A DNA stretch of 64,000 bases from the NCBI RefSeq assembly GCF_009914755.1, contig NC_060926.1, one strand, 5' to 3'. Shown one piece after another: positions 40,001 through 54,900 of the stretch. The stretch is from the human T2T-CHM13v2.0 reference genome, Homo sapiens. Positions within the stretch are counted from its first letter, which is position 1; each line of letters starts with the position of its first letter. The position numbers and the translations under genes are program-made. The notes beneath the pieces are model-generated. The model searched no databases and was not told where the DNA came from. It worked only from the letters and a program-made list of their open reading frames with translations.

Positions 40001-40639
40001 ATGTTTGTTGTTGAATTAATTGAATTAACCAGCAGGATTTATGTCACTACAACATAGTTATTGTACTTAATCTGAGATTAAACCCAGGATAGTTCTTTTT
40101 GAAAGCATTTTATATTTACTTACAGCAAAATCATTTTTAGGTATTGTAAACATATTACTGTTCAAAGGAAAAAAAGACTGGGTTTTTTTGAAACCAGTAA
40201 GAAAATTAATTCTGTATCTGATGTCTATCTAATATTTCTCATTACAAACTAAAACTATGCTTTAGTAAGTTAAGAATAAGAAGCTTGTTTATGAAGTTTA
40301 TCAATTGATAAGTCTTATTCAGTAGAATAAATCCACATGTATAGAAACTTTGTTTAGTGCCTGGCACAAAATAGGGCTCAGGAAATATTCGTTTAATGAA
40401 TGAATGAATACATGACTATCTTCTACTTAAGCCAGAGCTCTTCCTAAGTCTTTGGACTAGTAGGCACTTAGACTGGAGGTAAGAAGACCAGAGGGGAAAG
40501 AAGCCTGCTCTTAACAGTCTTGACACTGTTGTCAGTGAAACTAAATACACAAATCTGATTCTGTCACCATGTTGCCTATACAACTGAGATAGGCTCCTCT
40601 GAACTACAGGACAAATAGTATAATCCTTGGGATAAATTA

Positions 40640-40860
40640 ATAATAGTGATAATAAAAGTAATATTTGCCGAACACTTACTGAGTCTGGTCCCTGTGCTAA
40701 GTGTTTTGCATTTGTCTCACTGAATCCTTTGAACAAATTAGGAAGCAAACAATATTATATCCATTTTGCAGACAAGAAAAGCAAGATTAAGCAACTTGCC
40801 CAAAGTCACATGGATAGCAAATGCAAAAATAGAAGTGAACCACAAATGGTCAGATGAGCA
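40640..40860 (-). mobile_element. MIR
   Basis: tgtgctaagtgttttgcat...tattatatccattttgcagac...ttaagcaacttgcccaaagtcaca. Confidence 0.75.
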
Positions 40861-41789
40861 CACATGCTGAAGCTTTTTACTATATAAATCATGAAACATT
40901 TAGTTCCAACCTATCTCACTAGCTACCAACTTGTGAAATGCCCATCTCTTGACCTCACTGTTTCCTAATCCCCAAAGTCCCACCACACTATACTGGAAAT
41001 ACTTAAAATGAACCACGTTCTTATAAGACCTCTGTGAAGTGCACATATTACTTCCTTTACCAAAAGTTCCCTACCCCTTCTCATCTACCCAAAAGTCCCT
41101 ATCTATCCATCTTTTAATTTCAATATCTTATATCTCCTACTCTGAAGAGATATCTCTGACTCGCTCAAAAAGATAATCTTTTTGGACCTCATTATATTTT
41201 GTACCAAATTATTAATGACTTTATTAAGTAATCATGTCTCTCTGGGCCACTCACATCCCCAATAAATAAACAGTGTATTCTCTAAGGAAAGAGACAATGT
41301 GCAATTCACTTTTGTGTCCACCACGAGCTAGCCCAAGTCCACAACTCAGCAGAGGCTCATTAAATATCTGTCAATATGAGATGAAGGATGTGTGTTTTGA
41401 GGGAGGGTTTGCTTAGGAATGATGATATGACAAGAATAAGAAATGCCTGTCAAAAAGCTAAGAATGTAAGAGAGAGCAAGATATGCAAAGGGTAGATACA
41501 ATATTATAGCATACAGAGTGGAATGAGAATATTAATGTAGGGGAAAACTAGAGATCAGGACTATATCACTATTTGATCATTAAATAATATTGATAATGTT
41601 CTTAATAAAGAGTCTACATGATGAGTAAATCATTGAAATGTGGTCGATATGTTGTTTTTGAGTAGGCAGGTAAGAAGAATGCACCTTGGAAGGTTTTTCA
41701 TCTTGGAAAGTTTACGAAAGAGTAAAAATCAGTCAATAAGAGAATTAAGTATTTATTCCACAAACACATGGACTTAGAAACACTTTGCT

Positions 41790-41915
41790 GAGCCACTTGC
41801 AGATCCTGATCCTCAGAAACTGTGAGATCATAAGTGTTTGCTGTTTTAAGGTAGTAAACCGTGGTGTGTGTTTTTGTTTTGTTTTTTTTTTGGATAGAAA
41901 CAGATAGCTAATACA
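41790..41915 (+). mobile_element. MLT1 LTR 3' fragment
   Basis: cctcagaaactgtgagatcataagtgtttgctgttttaag...agatagctaataca. Confidence 0.6.
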
Positions 41916-44539
41916 GACCAGAATCATATATAATTCCGTGACTTTGTTATCTTTCAAGTATTTCCTTATTATTGATGCCTACACTTTCTCAATGTCTAAA
42001 ATGGACAACTAAATTGCTACTGTGGATTTACTTCTTAACTAAAACAGATTTTACATTCGTATAATGTAGATTTACATATGTATTACTTATACATTTAAAA
42101 TAATTAGAAGTTCATATATTTTCAACAAAAAGGAACTCATCTAAATGCCAGCCTGGGTTGCATAATGTGGACCTCATGCTGTGGGAGTTGCTGCTTTCCC
42201 AAGTTGGGTATGACAGGCTAGTTGCAATTACATAAATGAATTGTTTTCTTTCATCCTCACTGGTGCATTAATGAAAGCCTGCACAATTAAAAAAAAGACC
42301 ACACTGCTTGAAGAAAGCAAGGCAACCAGTTTAAATTAGTAGATGAAATTAAAATCATTTTACTAGTACTATTTTCCAATCCAGCAATTGCTGACACTGT
42401 TCTGAAATGCTACGTACATCCATATTCAAGGATCTTACATACCTAGAGCCAAACTTATCATTAAAAATGTGATAAATGGCTAATATACTTTTCTTAATTA
42501 CTCTATAAAACTGACAAACTGAAAATGTACACAATATTGGAAAAGGAAAAACATTATTTTTAGGGTTAGTCTAAGTCCAAAAACTTAACTTGGCCTCCTT
42601 TCTTTACAACAGGTTTCTCAAGACAAATCCATGGCAAGCCCAAATGCGTTGTCTTCAAACTATTCAGTTTCTCTCCTCTTGTCATTAATCATCCTATTCT
42701 CCGGCTAAACCCCTATTCTTGATTTTAGCATAACCCTTTCCTCAGAAGGGTGAATATTTCTTATGAACTTTGGGTTCAACTTACGCAGGTAAGACAAGAA
42801 CCAATTAGTGTCACAGTAAGCATAAGGAACCCTGGATTGGATGCTTCAGGCTTGTCCCCTTGCTTGCAGGAGCCTGTATGATAGCTGTAAACTCAGAAAG
42901 GTAACCACTAAGGAAGAGAGAGGTGGCCAGTGCCTATTTAAAAATAAAAAGTGAAGAAATTATTTATAATCAAGTGGCTCATAATTGTCCCTATACCACA
43001 CTCACTTTTATTATTTCCTGGTAAAGAGGGTGAACTCTATCCACAAGTCCTCCATAGTTAAATAAAACCTTTTTTTAAAATCTGTATCACACACACAAAA
43101 AGTCTTATAAATGTATATCAGTGTGAATGAAAACAATGAAAAATAAAATGGCTGTTTTCTATGTCCCATTGTCTCTATGCCCACATTTTTATGACGCAGT
43201 CATGGTGTGGTTACAGTTTAGTATTCTATATGTTCCTCTTAGAAGAAGAGGGATGTGCATCCAATGCCAAATTCTACTGAAAATTCATGTGTCTAGGTCT
43301 TAGCGCTTTTCTTTTTTTAGAGAATTTAACTCTTCATGAATTCTGTTAATCAAATTACTTGGCTGGCTATTTCCTACCAAAGCCTAAGGCTCCCTGACAC
43401 CTGATGATCTCTTCTTAATTGATACTTTCACCTTTGTGAGATATCCGCACAAATGTAGCTCTCACTGAGGGTAGGTTGGGGAAGGGGAAGCGCTTGATCT
43501 CAGAAGCCATTATGACTGTGTGTATATTTGAAAGTACAAACTCAAAAGACAGGTAACAAATTGCCAAAGAAGCACTGCAAATGATAACAAAGTAGAGTGA
43601 AATAAAATTAGAAAGAAAAATATGCATCACTGAAAAGTGATATGTTTAATATCCCATAAATATTCATAAATATGTCATCTCCACAAGCTTATAATGCTAG
43701 AGTTTTAGCATTAAAAGATGGAAGGCTGCTTAAAATAGGAGCACAAATAACAATAACAACTCAAAAAGTCTTTAATCTTCATCAGCCACACAATTGAGAT
43801 CAGATCAAAATATATCTGTACAGTCTCTTTCACTCATCTATCCTCATATTTAATATTCATTGAGTACAAAGAAGTTTCTATGTAATTTCCTTTATTAATA
43901 CTTCACTATGAAGTGTCCCCATACTAACATAATTAACTTTACTAGAAATTATTACCACACCCATCTGCCTAAATTTTCAATTATCTTTGCCTCTAGACAT
44001 GAGTAGCTACCTTGTGAAATGATATCAGGATAATTCCTTCATATTCATAATGCCTCCTTTTCTCCCATAGGTTGATGCAGATATAATGATTAAAATGAAA
44101 GAGCAGGAAAAGTTTTCTGCTAAACTCTAAAACCTTTTGTATTAGGAGTTTATGTCTTAAGCCTTTCTACCTCAAAGGCTTCATATTGTTAAAAATCTAC
44201 AGTTCTTAAAGGATCAACTTCTACTCCTTTTTCATCAACTATCTTTTAGATAAGGAAAAGACAACTTATATTTAAAGTAAATTTTGAATGAAATTATAAG
44301 GAAAGTGCTTATTATTTACCATCTGGCAGTACACTAGTCCTTTGAGTTATATGACCATATATAGTATAAGAATTCAAAATACATGAACAAAACCACTACT
44401 AAATCTTAACATTTGGTAAGAAGTGTAACGTGGTGATAAAAATATTCTCCTATGAATTGGGACTAATTTTTATCATAACATATATGATCTAAAAATTCCT
44501 TATTAATCTCTGCTTCCATTTTTCATCAGTTCATAAATG

Positions 44540-45430
44540 ACAATAAATAGCAAGTGATGGTGAAAATCCAGAGCAAGTAGCACTGTTATATATTGTGAGA
44601 ATATAAAGTGTTGCAATTACTTTGGGAAATAATAGTCTACTAATTTCACATAAACCCAAATACTACATCTCTTCTATAACCCAGCAATTCTACTTCTTGG
44701 TATTTACTCAAGAAAGTGAAACCTATGTACACAAAAGACATATGCAACAATATTCATAGCACATTATAAATAACAGCCTAGGTATAAATCAAAGGGAAAA
44801 TTAACAAATAAATTATAATATATTCATGCAATGCAATACTACTTAGGAATGAAAAGGAGCAAATTACTCATACATGCACCAACATAGATAAACCTTAAAA
44901 ACATTATCTTTGAAAAAGTCTTATATACAAGTATATAGTGTATGATTTGAATTCAAATAAAATTCTAGAACAGGCAAAATTAATCTTGGTCCAAAAAATT
45001 AAAATAGTGTTTATCTTGAGAAGTGAGGGAGACACACTGGTGAGGGACATGAGGGAACTTTGTAGGTGACATGATGTCTATATCTTGATAAGTATTTGCA
45101 CTACACAATTGCATGTATTTGATAAAACATAGTGAATATGCACTTAAGATTTGTACAATAAATTGTATATAAATTTTACATCAAAAGAAAATGCTGTAAT
45201 CAGATACTGAACTTTATTTAGTAGTATGCAAGCTAATGTATTTCTACATTTCTGATTTCTGCAATTCATGTTTTAATGTACAAAAAATGAAACAGGATAA
45301 TGGTTAGAGGGCAATAATGAGGAGAAATGTGATAGCACAAGTACAATAAAATGTAATGGTTAAAGCTAAATGATGGATATATTGTTTCAAGTTTGCTCTG
45401 TTTAGTAAGTTTCACAATAAAATGCTGGGG
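44540..45430 (+). mobile_element. Ancient L1M (L1MC/ME-like) 3' region
   Basis: ataacccagcaattctacttcttggtatttactcaaga...aattctagaacaggcaaaatt...gagggacatgagggaacttt...cacttaagatttgtac. Confidence 0.75.
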
Positions 45431-46400
45431 TAAATTGCAATCTGATTTACCTTCTAATCTTATGAATTAAGGAATTAATACTTTTGAAATTCAGGTAAAC
45501 AATTTTATAGTAACAGCAAAGCAGCTCTTAAGTAGTTCTCTTGGTCTTCTCAAAAGATTTCTTTTTGTGTCTTTTGGGTAGCATTTGAGAACAGGAATGC
45601 CAAACTTTTTTACTCACATCAGCATTCTTCTTCAATTTCAAACTAGGTAATAATTCAGTTTCTCTCCTTCTGTTGGACTCTCAGAATAAGAGAATCTCTT
45701 ATCTATGAGAAAAAAATCCTAACCAATTTTATGGCATGTTTTTTGCTTTGTACCTTCCTGTCCATCAAATTTAATATCAATATGCTAAGAAACAAATGAG
45801 CCCTAAATGCTACCTATCTGTGTGTGTATGTATATATACATTCTAATCTTTCATGTTATTTCCTTCTTAGGTTTCCCATCACCCAAAACTGTGTTTTTCC
45901 AAGGTTTTCTTTTCACAGGATATGACAATTGAAAAAACATAAATTATATAAAGGCACTATTCATTAATAAGGGTGAAGGAACTAAAAAAACATTGTTTTC
46001 CATTAATTTAACCGAGTCAGTGCTGCAAAGCCTAGAGCCATTTGCTGGTGTTCTAAAGGAGTCTGCAACTAAACTCTTGATCTAACACATAAAGAATTGA
46101 CGTTTACTTTTAAAAATCTTAGAACAGGTAATGAGAATTCTATTGATTAGTCTGTAATAAACTGATAATGGCTCTTAGAATAATGAATAATTTTTACTGA
46201 GTCATGTCAGCTAATATAATTTCAGGTGGCACATGAAAAAATTGAAGCAATTCAGCATTGTGCCTTTCCTGTCACTGGAGTTCTACCATTAAAAGCCAGT
46301 TATACAAATAAGATTATGGTGCTTTTATATAGCTTGTGCCTTTCCAGATCAGTATTAATGCCATATTTTTAGAAAAGACCTTTTGTGCATGACATACTGA

Positions 46401-46712
<312 letters not shown>

Positions 46713-46779
46713 GAACAATTTTTGATATCAAATAGGCTGATGTTAGACATATAACAAAGGTTAAAGTTAGACACATATA

Positions 46780-47075
46780 GCGCTGCACTGTCCAATACAG
46801 TAGCCACTAGCCACATGTGAATTTGACATATGGCTAGTCTGAATTGATATGCGCTATTAAGTATAAGATATACATATATCAGATTTCAAAGACGTATGAT
46901 ATTTTTAAAAAAAACAACAAAATATAAAGTATCGAAAACAACATTTTAATATTTTAGACATATTTAATCCAAGTATATTACTAAACTAATTTTATCTGCT
47001 CATTATTTTTAATGTGGCTAGTAAAAAACTTAAAATTAGATTTGTGGCCTTCATATTTCTAATGAAAGTGCTAAT
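46780..47075. mobile_element. MER3/MER33-like hAT MITE
   Basis: ctgtccaatacagtagccactagccacatgtg...ttttaatgtggctagtaaaaaacttaaaatta. Confidence 0.7.
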
Positions 47076-47664
47076 GTAGAGGTTTCTCACCTGGCAAAAA
47101 TAATTTTATATTTAAATATAATGTATCCTTAACTTTGAAATACTGTACAAACAAAAAAGGGGGGAAGGAAAAAAGATGTGACTAAATATGACTCCATTTT
47201 GGGAAAATAAATAAATAAATATTATTTCTTCCTGCTGTTAAGCGTCTATCTATCCATCAGATAGGTCTGATGCAATTCCTCATTTTGATTTTTAGGTAAA
47301 TAATCCCTTTTTTCTTTCATCTCAGACAATTTGAAAAATATTGAAAAATGGTTTTCTGCCTATTTTCAACCTCTTGTCATTTCTTTAAAGAAGAATTAAA
47401 CTTGATGAAGTTCTAATTTTTGATAAAATTTAATTTTGCCTTGATCATTTTGAATAAAGAACCTGCATCCATTTTGCTTGTGCTTGAGTGTGTATACTAT
47501 TATTTAAGTGATGTAATCTACTATTAAGAACTACTTGCCCTTATGGACAAACTTGACTTTGAAGAAATTTTTCTTTTTCGCATTTTTAATTGTCAAGTAA
47601 CTTCAAAGAAAACATGAAGAAAATAAAAGACCATTTTTTTAATTAACTGTGGTTAGTCAAACAT

Positions 47665-48470
47665 GCTGCGGTCGACTTTGTCCATCCCCTCACTAACATC
47701 CGTCCCTCCTGTCTTGTTCCTTCATCACCCACCTGAATTTTCCTATTTCATTCCTAATAAAAGAACCTTTATTTGGTCAGGTAATCAGCTAGGATTAAGA
47801 TGAAACTGGTTCAATGAGTCATGCAAGTTGCGAGTGGGATTCTTTCTTTACTTAGAGTTTTTGGTATCTTATTCATCATGAATTTTTTAATATCAATGTC
47901 ATTTTTTAAATTTTTTGCATTAATATATATATATATTTACTGAGATTTTTGGCACCCCCGTAAATTCTACATCAGAGGCAAATGTCTCACTCACTTCACC
48001 ATAATCCCAGCCCTGAGGGTAACGAAAAAATCTCTGATTTGCAGAGAGGGTAAATTCTTTCATATACCCCAAAGGATAAATAGTGACTGATCTCAACAAA
48101 TCAGGGAGATGTCATTCCTCTGGCCAGTGAGATAGAAGAAGTGGGCTGTTCATAATAGCTTCTAAGAAAGCTTTTTTCTTTTCTTTTCCTTTTTCCTGAT
48201 AAAATACCACAGAATTGGCTGACACATCCTTAAAATTTATTTCATCCTTCCCGCATCTTTATACCATCAATGTGGACATCACATTGAATGTGCAGCAACC
48301 ATAGAAATATTAAAAGGAAATTTTCTAAAGTCATCCATGAGCAACTGCACCAGCCCTGGACTGCACACCTTTTAACTGCTTGTTAGTGGAAAACATAAAC
48401 AATTTTTGGGTTAAACTTCTGTAGTTGGATTCTCTGTTACATAAAACAGAACACAATGCCAACTGTCACA
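47665..48470 (+). mobile_element. Ancient ERVL-class LTR (LTR16/LTR33-like) interrupted at ~47785-48015 by an hAT-like MITE
   Basis: LTR motifs ctggccagtgagata, ccagccctggactgc and gttggattctctgttac. MITE end ggcacccccgtaaatt...ctcactcacttcaccataatcccagccctg. Confidence 0.5.
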
Positions 48471-49045
48471 TATGAACAAACTAAATTCTTCTATTATTTT
48501 AAACTAATTTTTTTTCATAACACTTTAATTTTTGCTTTAATCAAAAACTGTATTTGCAAAATAGTAACTATGTTACAACAATATGTACTGATAACATAGA
48601 TCTATTGTTTTGGTGACATAATTCTTATTTACATTTTAGAAAGTTGTGCTCTGATAACATCACAATCATTTTTTTTTTCAAATTCTATTTAGTCCTGCCC
48701 CAAATTTAGTTTGGTTCAACAAATATTGGCTAAGCAGCTACTCTCCTTTAGACACTAAATAAACTATTTTAAAGAAAATAGACACAGTCCCTGACCTTTG
48801 GCATCTTACAGATCAGTTCTGATCCATCTTTGATATTACACTCAGCTTTATTATTAGGGATCTTATTTTACCAGTCTGGAAATCACTGAGGATATGCTTC
48901 TTCTCACTACAGATTTAGATGAGAATATTTCAAACTAATATGGTTGGAAATTCATTTGGTTGACTGTGCTGCTGAAATGAATACAATAACCTATTTGTTT
49001 AGTATTTTACATTAACAAAACACTTCTACAAAATTGTCTCATTTT

Positions 49046-50694
49046 GCAGGACACAAACAAATGGAAAAACATTCTATCCTCATGGATAGGAAGAATCGGT
49101 CTCATGAAAATGGTTATACTGCCCAAAGTAATTTTTAGATTCATTGACATTCCCATCAAACTACCATTGACATTCTTCACAGAATTAGAAAAAAAAAAAA
49201 CTATTTTAAATTTCATATGGAATCAAAGAAGACCCCGTACAGCCAAGACAACCCTAAGCAAAAAGAACAAAACGGGAGGCATCACGCTACCTGACTTCAA
49301 ACTATGCTACAAGGCTACAGTAACCAAAATGCATGATACTGGTACCAAAACAGACATATAGACCAATGGAGCAGAACAGAGGCCTCAGAAATAACACCAC
49401 ACATCTACAACCATCTGATCTTCGACAAATCTGACAAAAACAAGAAATGGGGAGATGATCTCCTATTCCATAAATGGTGCTGGGAAAACTGGCTAGCCAT
49501 CTGCAGAAAACTGAAACCGGACCTCTTCCTTACACCTTATACAAAAATTAACTCAAGATGGATTGAAGACTTAAATGTAAAACCCCAAACCATAAAAACC
49601 CTAGAAGAAAACCTTGGCAATACCATTCAGGACATAGGTATGGGCAAAGACTTAATGACAAAAACACCAAAAGCAATTGAAACAGAAGCCAAAATTGACA
49701 AATGGGATCTAATTAAACTCAAGAGTTTCCGCACAGCAAAAGAAACTATCATCAGAGTGAACAGGCAACCTACAGAATGAGAGAAAATTTGTACGATCTA
49801 CCCATCTGACAAAGGTCTAATATCCAGAATTTACAAGGAACTTAAACAAATTTACAAGAAAAAAACAACCCCATCAAAAAGTGGGCAAAGGATATGAACA
49901 GACACTTCTCAAAAGAAGATATTTACGTGGCCAACAAACATATGAAAAAAAGCTCAACATCACTGATCATTAGAGAAATGCAAATCAAAACCACAATGAG
50001 ATAATATCCCATGCCACTCAGAATGCCAATTATTAAAAAGTCCAGAAACAATACATGATGGTGAGGTTGTGGGGAAATAGGAACACTTTTACACTGTTGA
50101 TGGGAATATAAATTAATTCTAACTATTATGGAAGACAGTATGGCTATTCCTCAAGGATTTAGAACCAGAAATACCATTTGACCCAGCAATCCCATTACTG
50201 AGTATATACCCAAAGGATTATAAATCATTCTACTGTAAAGATGCATGCATGCGTATGTTTACTGCAGCATTATTTACAATAACAAAGTCATGGAACCAAC
50301 ACAAATGCCCATCAATGATAGACTGGATAAAGAAAATGTGGTACATATACACCATGGAATACTATGCAGCCATAAAAAAGATGAGATAATGTCCTTTGCA
50401 GGGACATGAATGAAGCTGGAAGTCATCATCCTCAGCAAACTAATACAGGAACAGAAAACCAAACACCACATGTTCTCACTCATAAGTGGGAGTTGCAAAA
50501 TGAAAACACACGGACACAGGAAGGGAAACAACACACACCAGGGCCTGTTGGGGTGTGGGGAATGAGGGGAGGGAACTTAGAGGATGGGTCAATAGGTGCA
50601 GCAAACCACCATGGCACACGTATACCTATGTAACAAACTTGCACGTTCTGCATATGTATCCAGGAACTGAAATTAAAATTAAAAAAAAAAAAAA
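49046..50694 (+). mobile_element. L1PA (mid-age, PA8-PA10-like), 5'-truncated, 1.65 kb: degenerate ORF2 3' part, 3'UTR and A tail
   Basis: ORF 49044-49361 ([16 protein letters not shown]...[23 protein letters not shown]) is L1 ORF2. TSD ttgtctcattt at 49034-49044 and 50696-50706. Confidence 0.95.
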
Positions 50695-51074
50695 CTTGTC
50701 TCATTTCCCTTTTAAATCTCTATTGTTGGAAAAACTGGTGAAAATCAAGTCTTTAAAATTACTTCTACTTAAGCAGCAGCCACTTAAACTGTTTTCTTTT
50801 TTATAAATGAAATCTTTCCTTTTTGCATTCCTAAATTCCTGGGGGAATACACTGGAGTAATTTTAGGCTTGATTTTTTCAAGAGTAAAGGAAAAGAAATA
50901 TTTCCTCTTTGCAGATTTAAATGAGTTTCGTATACAGTGTGTTCTATGAAATGAATGCCAATTTGTTTTCATTAGAATTATTCTTCTTGCATGACATCTC
51001 TTTTCTTCAATGATGCTTATTTATGTACTGGGCAGTGTTAGACATGCATGCATGCACTCTTTCTTCAAGAGACA

Positions 51075-51540
51075 GTTTCTAATGGAGGGCACCATGCTAA
51101 GAGCTGTGGGAGAGAAAGACATACATTTCATAATTCCAGATTCTTAAGGACCTTAAAATCCAGTAGGTAAAATTAGATATATCAGCAAATTAGGATACGA
51201 GTACCCTGTGGAGGGAAAATTAACGCAATAGATGAAGAAAAACAAAAACTAGCTTCAACAGGGCTTATCCCAGAAGGCTTCATGTAGCACATGACATTTG
51301 AACCAGGTTTGACAAATGGCTAGGATTTCAGGAAAAATAGTGAAAAATAAAGGACATTCAGGTAAGAGAAAACTGCAAAGCACAGAAATGATCAAGTGGA
51401 CTTGTGCTGCTAATGAGGCCCATGCCTGAAGCACAGAATCTTTGTAAAGAATGATAGAGTTGAGGTTGGAATTACAGTAATGTAACCTAAATGTCAGACT
51501 AAAGGTTTTGTATTTTCATCAAATAGAAGTACCTAAAGAT
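51075..51540 (-). mobile_element. L2 fragment
   Basis: ggcaccatgctaagagctg...cagaaggcttcatg...tgacatttgaaccaggttttgac. Confidence 0.55.
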
Positions 51541-51589
51541 TTTAGACCTCAACTACCATCATATGTGACAAAATAAAATGAGATAAACA

Positions 51590-51965
51590 ATTTTACCTAT
51601 AAATAGATAAAGTATTTAAATTCTGATGCTATTCAGTGATGGTAAAGACGTGAGGAATAAGGTATAGTCATTTATACTTGGAGAATATGCAAATCATTGC
51701 TTTCATTTTGAAATGAAATTTATTATCTAAAAGACTTTAAGTTCACATACTGTTTGACCTAGGACTTCCAATTTTTGAAATTTATTCTATAGAAATGTTG
51801 GTATGAGTACGTAAAGAAATATGTACAAAAATATTTATTTTAATAAAGATACATTCCTCACAAAGAAGAAAAATCTTGCCTACTTATCAACAGAAAATTG
51901 AATTAGTAAAGTATAGGAAATCCATATAGTATAATAATATTCAGATTTAAAAAAATAAGTTTATA
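51590..51965 (+). mobile_element. Ancient L1ME-like fragment (continues at ~55580-55690)
   Basis: catactgtttgacctaggacttcc...tttattctatagaaat...gaaatatgtacaaaaatattt. Confidence 0.55.
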
Positions 51966-51967
51966 CA

Positions 51968-54900
51968 TACACTTACAACCATTTGATTTTGGACAAACCT
52001 GACAAAAACAAGCAATGGGGGAAGGATTCTCTATTTAATGAATGATGCTGGGAGAACTAGCTAGCCATATGCAGAAAATCGAAACTGGATTTCTTCCTAA
52101 CACCATATACAAAAATCAACTCAAGACAGATTAAAGACTTAAATGTAAAATCTAAAACTATAAAAATTCTAGAAGGAAACTTAGGCAATACCATTCAGGA
52201 CATAGATGCAGGCAAAGATTTCATGACTGAAATGGTTTGGCTCTGTGTTACCATCAAAATCTCATCTCAAATTGTAATCTCCATAATTCCCGACATCTCA
52301 AGGGAAGGACCAGGTGGGAGGTGATTGGATCATGGCGGTGATTTTCCCCATGCTGTTCTTGTCATAGTAAGTGACTTCTCATGAGATCTGATGATTTATC
52401 AAGAGTTTGATGGTTTCTCCTTCACACAGCTCTCTCTCACCTGCTGCCATGTAAGACTTGCCTCTTCTCCTTCCTCCATGATTGTAGGTTTCCTGAGGCC
52501 TCATCGGCCATGTGGAGCTGTGAGTCAATTAAACCTCTTTTCTTTATAAATTACCCAGTCTCAGGTATGTCTTTATAGCAGTGTGAAATGGACTAAAACA
52601 GTAAATTGGTACTAGGAGAGAGGTACTGCTATAAAGATACCAAAAAATGTGGAAGTGACTTTGGAACTGGGTAATGGGCAGAGGTTGGAACAATTTGGAG
52701 GGCCCAAAAGAATACAGGAAACTATGGAAAAGTTTGGAACTTCATAGAGACTTGTTGAATGGTTTTTGGCCAAAATGCTGACAATGATATGAACAATGAA
52801 GTCCAGGCTGAGGTGGTCTCAGATGGAGATGAGGAATTTATTGGGAACAAGAGCAAATATCACTCTTGATATGCTTTAGCAAAGAGACTGGTGGCATTTT
52901 GCCCCTGCCCTAGAGATGTGGAAAACTTTGAACTTGAGAGATTTGATCTGAAATTGGAACTTATGTTTAAAAAGGAAGCAGAGTATAAAAGTTTGGAAAA
53001 TTTGCAGCCTGATGATGCAATAGAAAAGAGAAACCCATTTTCTGGGGAGAAAGTCAATCCAGCTGCAGAAATTTGCTTAAATAACAAGGAGCCAAATGTC
53101 AATGGCCAAGACAATGGGGAAAATGTCTCCAGGGCATTTCAGAGATGTTGGTGGCAGCCCCTCCCATCACAGGCACGTAGGCCAAGGAGGAAAAAATGGT
53201 TTAGCAGGCTGGGCCCCAGGCCTTGCAGTTTTGGGACTTGGGTGCCTGTCTTGGGACTTGGTGCCCTGTGTCCCAGCTATGGTTAAAAGGTGCCAATATA
53301 CTCAGGCCATTGCTTGGTCATTGCCCGAGCCTTGGTGACTTCACATGGTGTTGGGTCTGCAGGCACATGGAAGTCAAGAATTGAGGTTTGGGAACCTCTG
53401 CCTCGATTTCAGAGGATGTATGGAAACACCTGGATGTCCAGGCAGAAGTTTGCTTCACAGGTAGAGACCTCATGGAGAACCTCTGCTAGGGCAGTGTGAA
53501 AGGGAAATGTGAAATTGGACCCCCTCACAGATTCCCCACCAGGGCACTGCCTAGTGGAGCTGTAAGAAGAGGGCCACCATCCTCCAGGCCCAAGAATGAT
53601 AGATCCACCAACAGCTTGCACTGTGCACCTGGAAAAGCTGCACACTCAACACCAGACTGTGAAAGCAGCCAGGAGGGGGAATATGACCTGCAAAGCCACA
53701 GGAGAGGAGCTGCCCAATTTCATGGAAGCCCACTTCTTACCTCAGCATGACGTGGATGTGAGACATGGGGTCAAAGGAGATTATTTAGGAGCTTTAAAAT
53801 TTAATGACTGCCCTGCTGGATTTCAGACTTGCATGGGGCCTGTATCCCCTATGTTTTGGCCAATTTCTCCCATTTGGAATGGGAACACTTATCCAATGCC
53901 CATACCCCCATTGTATCTTGGAAGTAACTAACTTGTTTTTTTTTTAATTATTTTACAGGCTTATAGGCAGAGTACTTGCCTTGTCTCAGATGAAACTTTG
54001 GACTTGGACTTTTGTATTAATGCTGGAATGAATTAAGACTCCAGGGGACTCTTTGGAAGGCATGATTGGTTCTGACATGTAAAACGGATGTGAAATATTT
54101 GGAAGGGGCAAGGGGCAGAATGATATGGTTTGGCTCTGGGCCCCAACAAGTCTCATCTCAAATTGTAATCCCCATAATCCCCACATATTGAAGGAGGGAC
54201 CAGGTTGAAGGTGATTGGATCATGTAGGTGTATTCCCCCATGCTGTTCTTATAATAGTGAGCTAGTTCTCATGAGATATGATGGTTTTATAAGGGTTTGA
54301 TGGTTACTCCTTTACATAGTTCTCTTGCCTGCTGCCACGTAAGACACGCCTCTTCGCCTTCCACCATGATTGTAAGTTTCCTGAGGCCTACCCAGTCATG
54401 AGGAACTGTGGGTCAATTAAACCTCTTTTATTACCCAGTCTCAGATATGTCTTTATAGCACTGTGAAAACAGACCAATACAATGATTAAGTCACCAAAAG
54501 CAATTGCAACAAAAGCAAAAAGTGACAAACAGAATCTAATGAAACTAAAGAGCTTCTGCACAGCCAAAGAAACTATCAACAGATTAAACAGCCAACCTAC
54601 AGAATGGGAGAAAATTTTTGCAATCTGTCCATCTGACAAAGGTGTGATACCTAGCATCTCTAAGGAATTTAAACAAATTACAAGAAAAACACAACCCCCC
54701 AAAAAAGTGAGCAAAGGACATGAACAAATACTTCTCAAAAAAGATATACATGCAGCCAACAAACATGAAAAAAAGCTCAATATCACTGATCATTAGAGAA
54801 ATGCAAGTCAAAACTGTAATGAGATACGATCTCATACCAGTCAGAATGGCCATTACTAAAAAGTCAAAAAACAACAGATGCTGCCAAGGTTGTGGAGAAA

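Noticed and set aside
49007-50806. L1 ORF2-like ORFs as a functional retrotransposon
   Set aside because: The element is 5'-truncated, has frameshifts and stops, and lacks ORF1, the endonuclease domain and a promoter.
52860-54186. Cluster of overlapping ORFs suggesting a gene-dense island
   Set aside because: All lie within the THE1 internal region and LTR. They are fragmented MaLR remnants.
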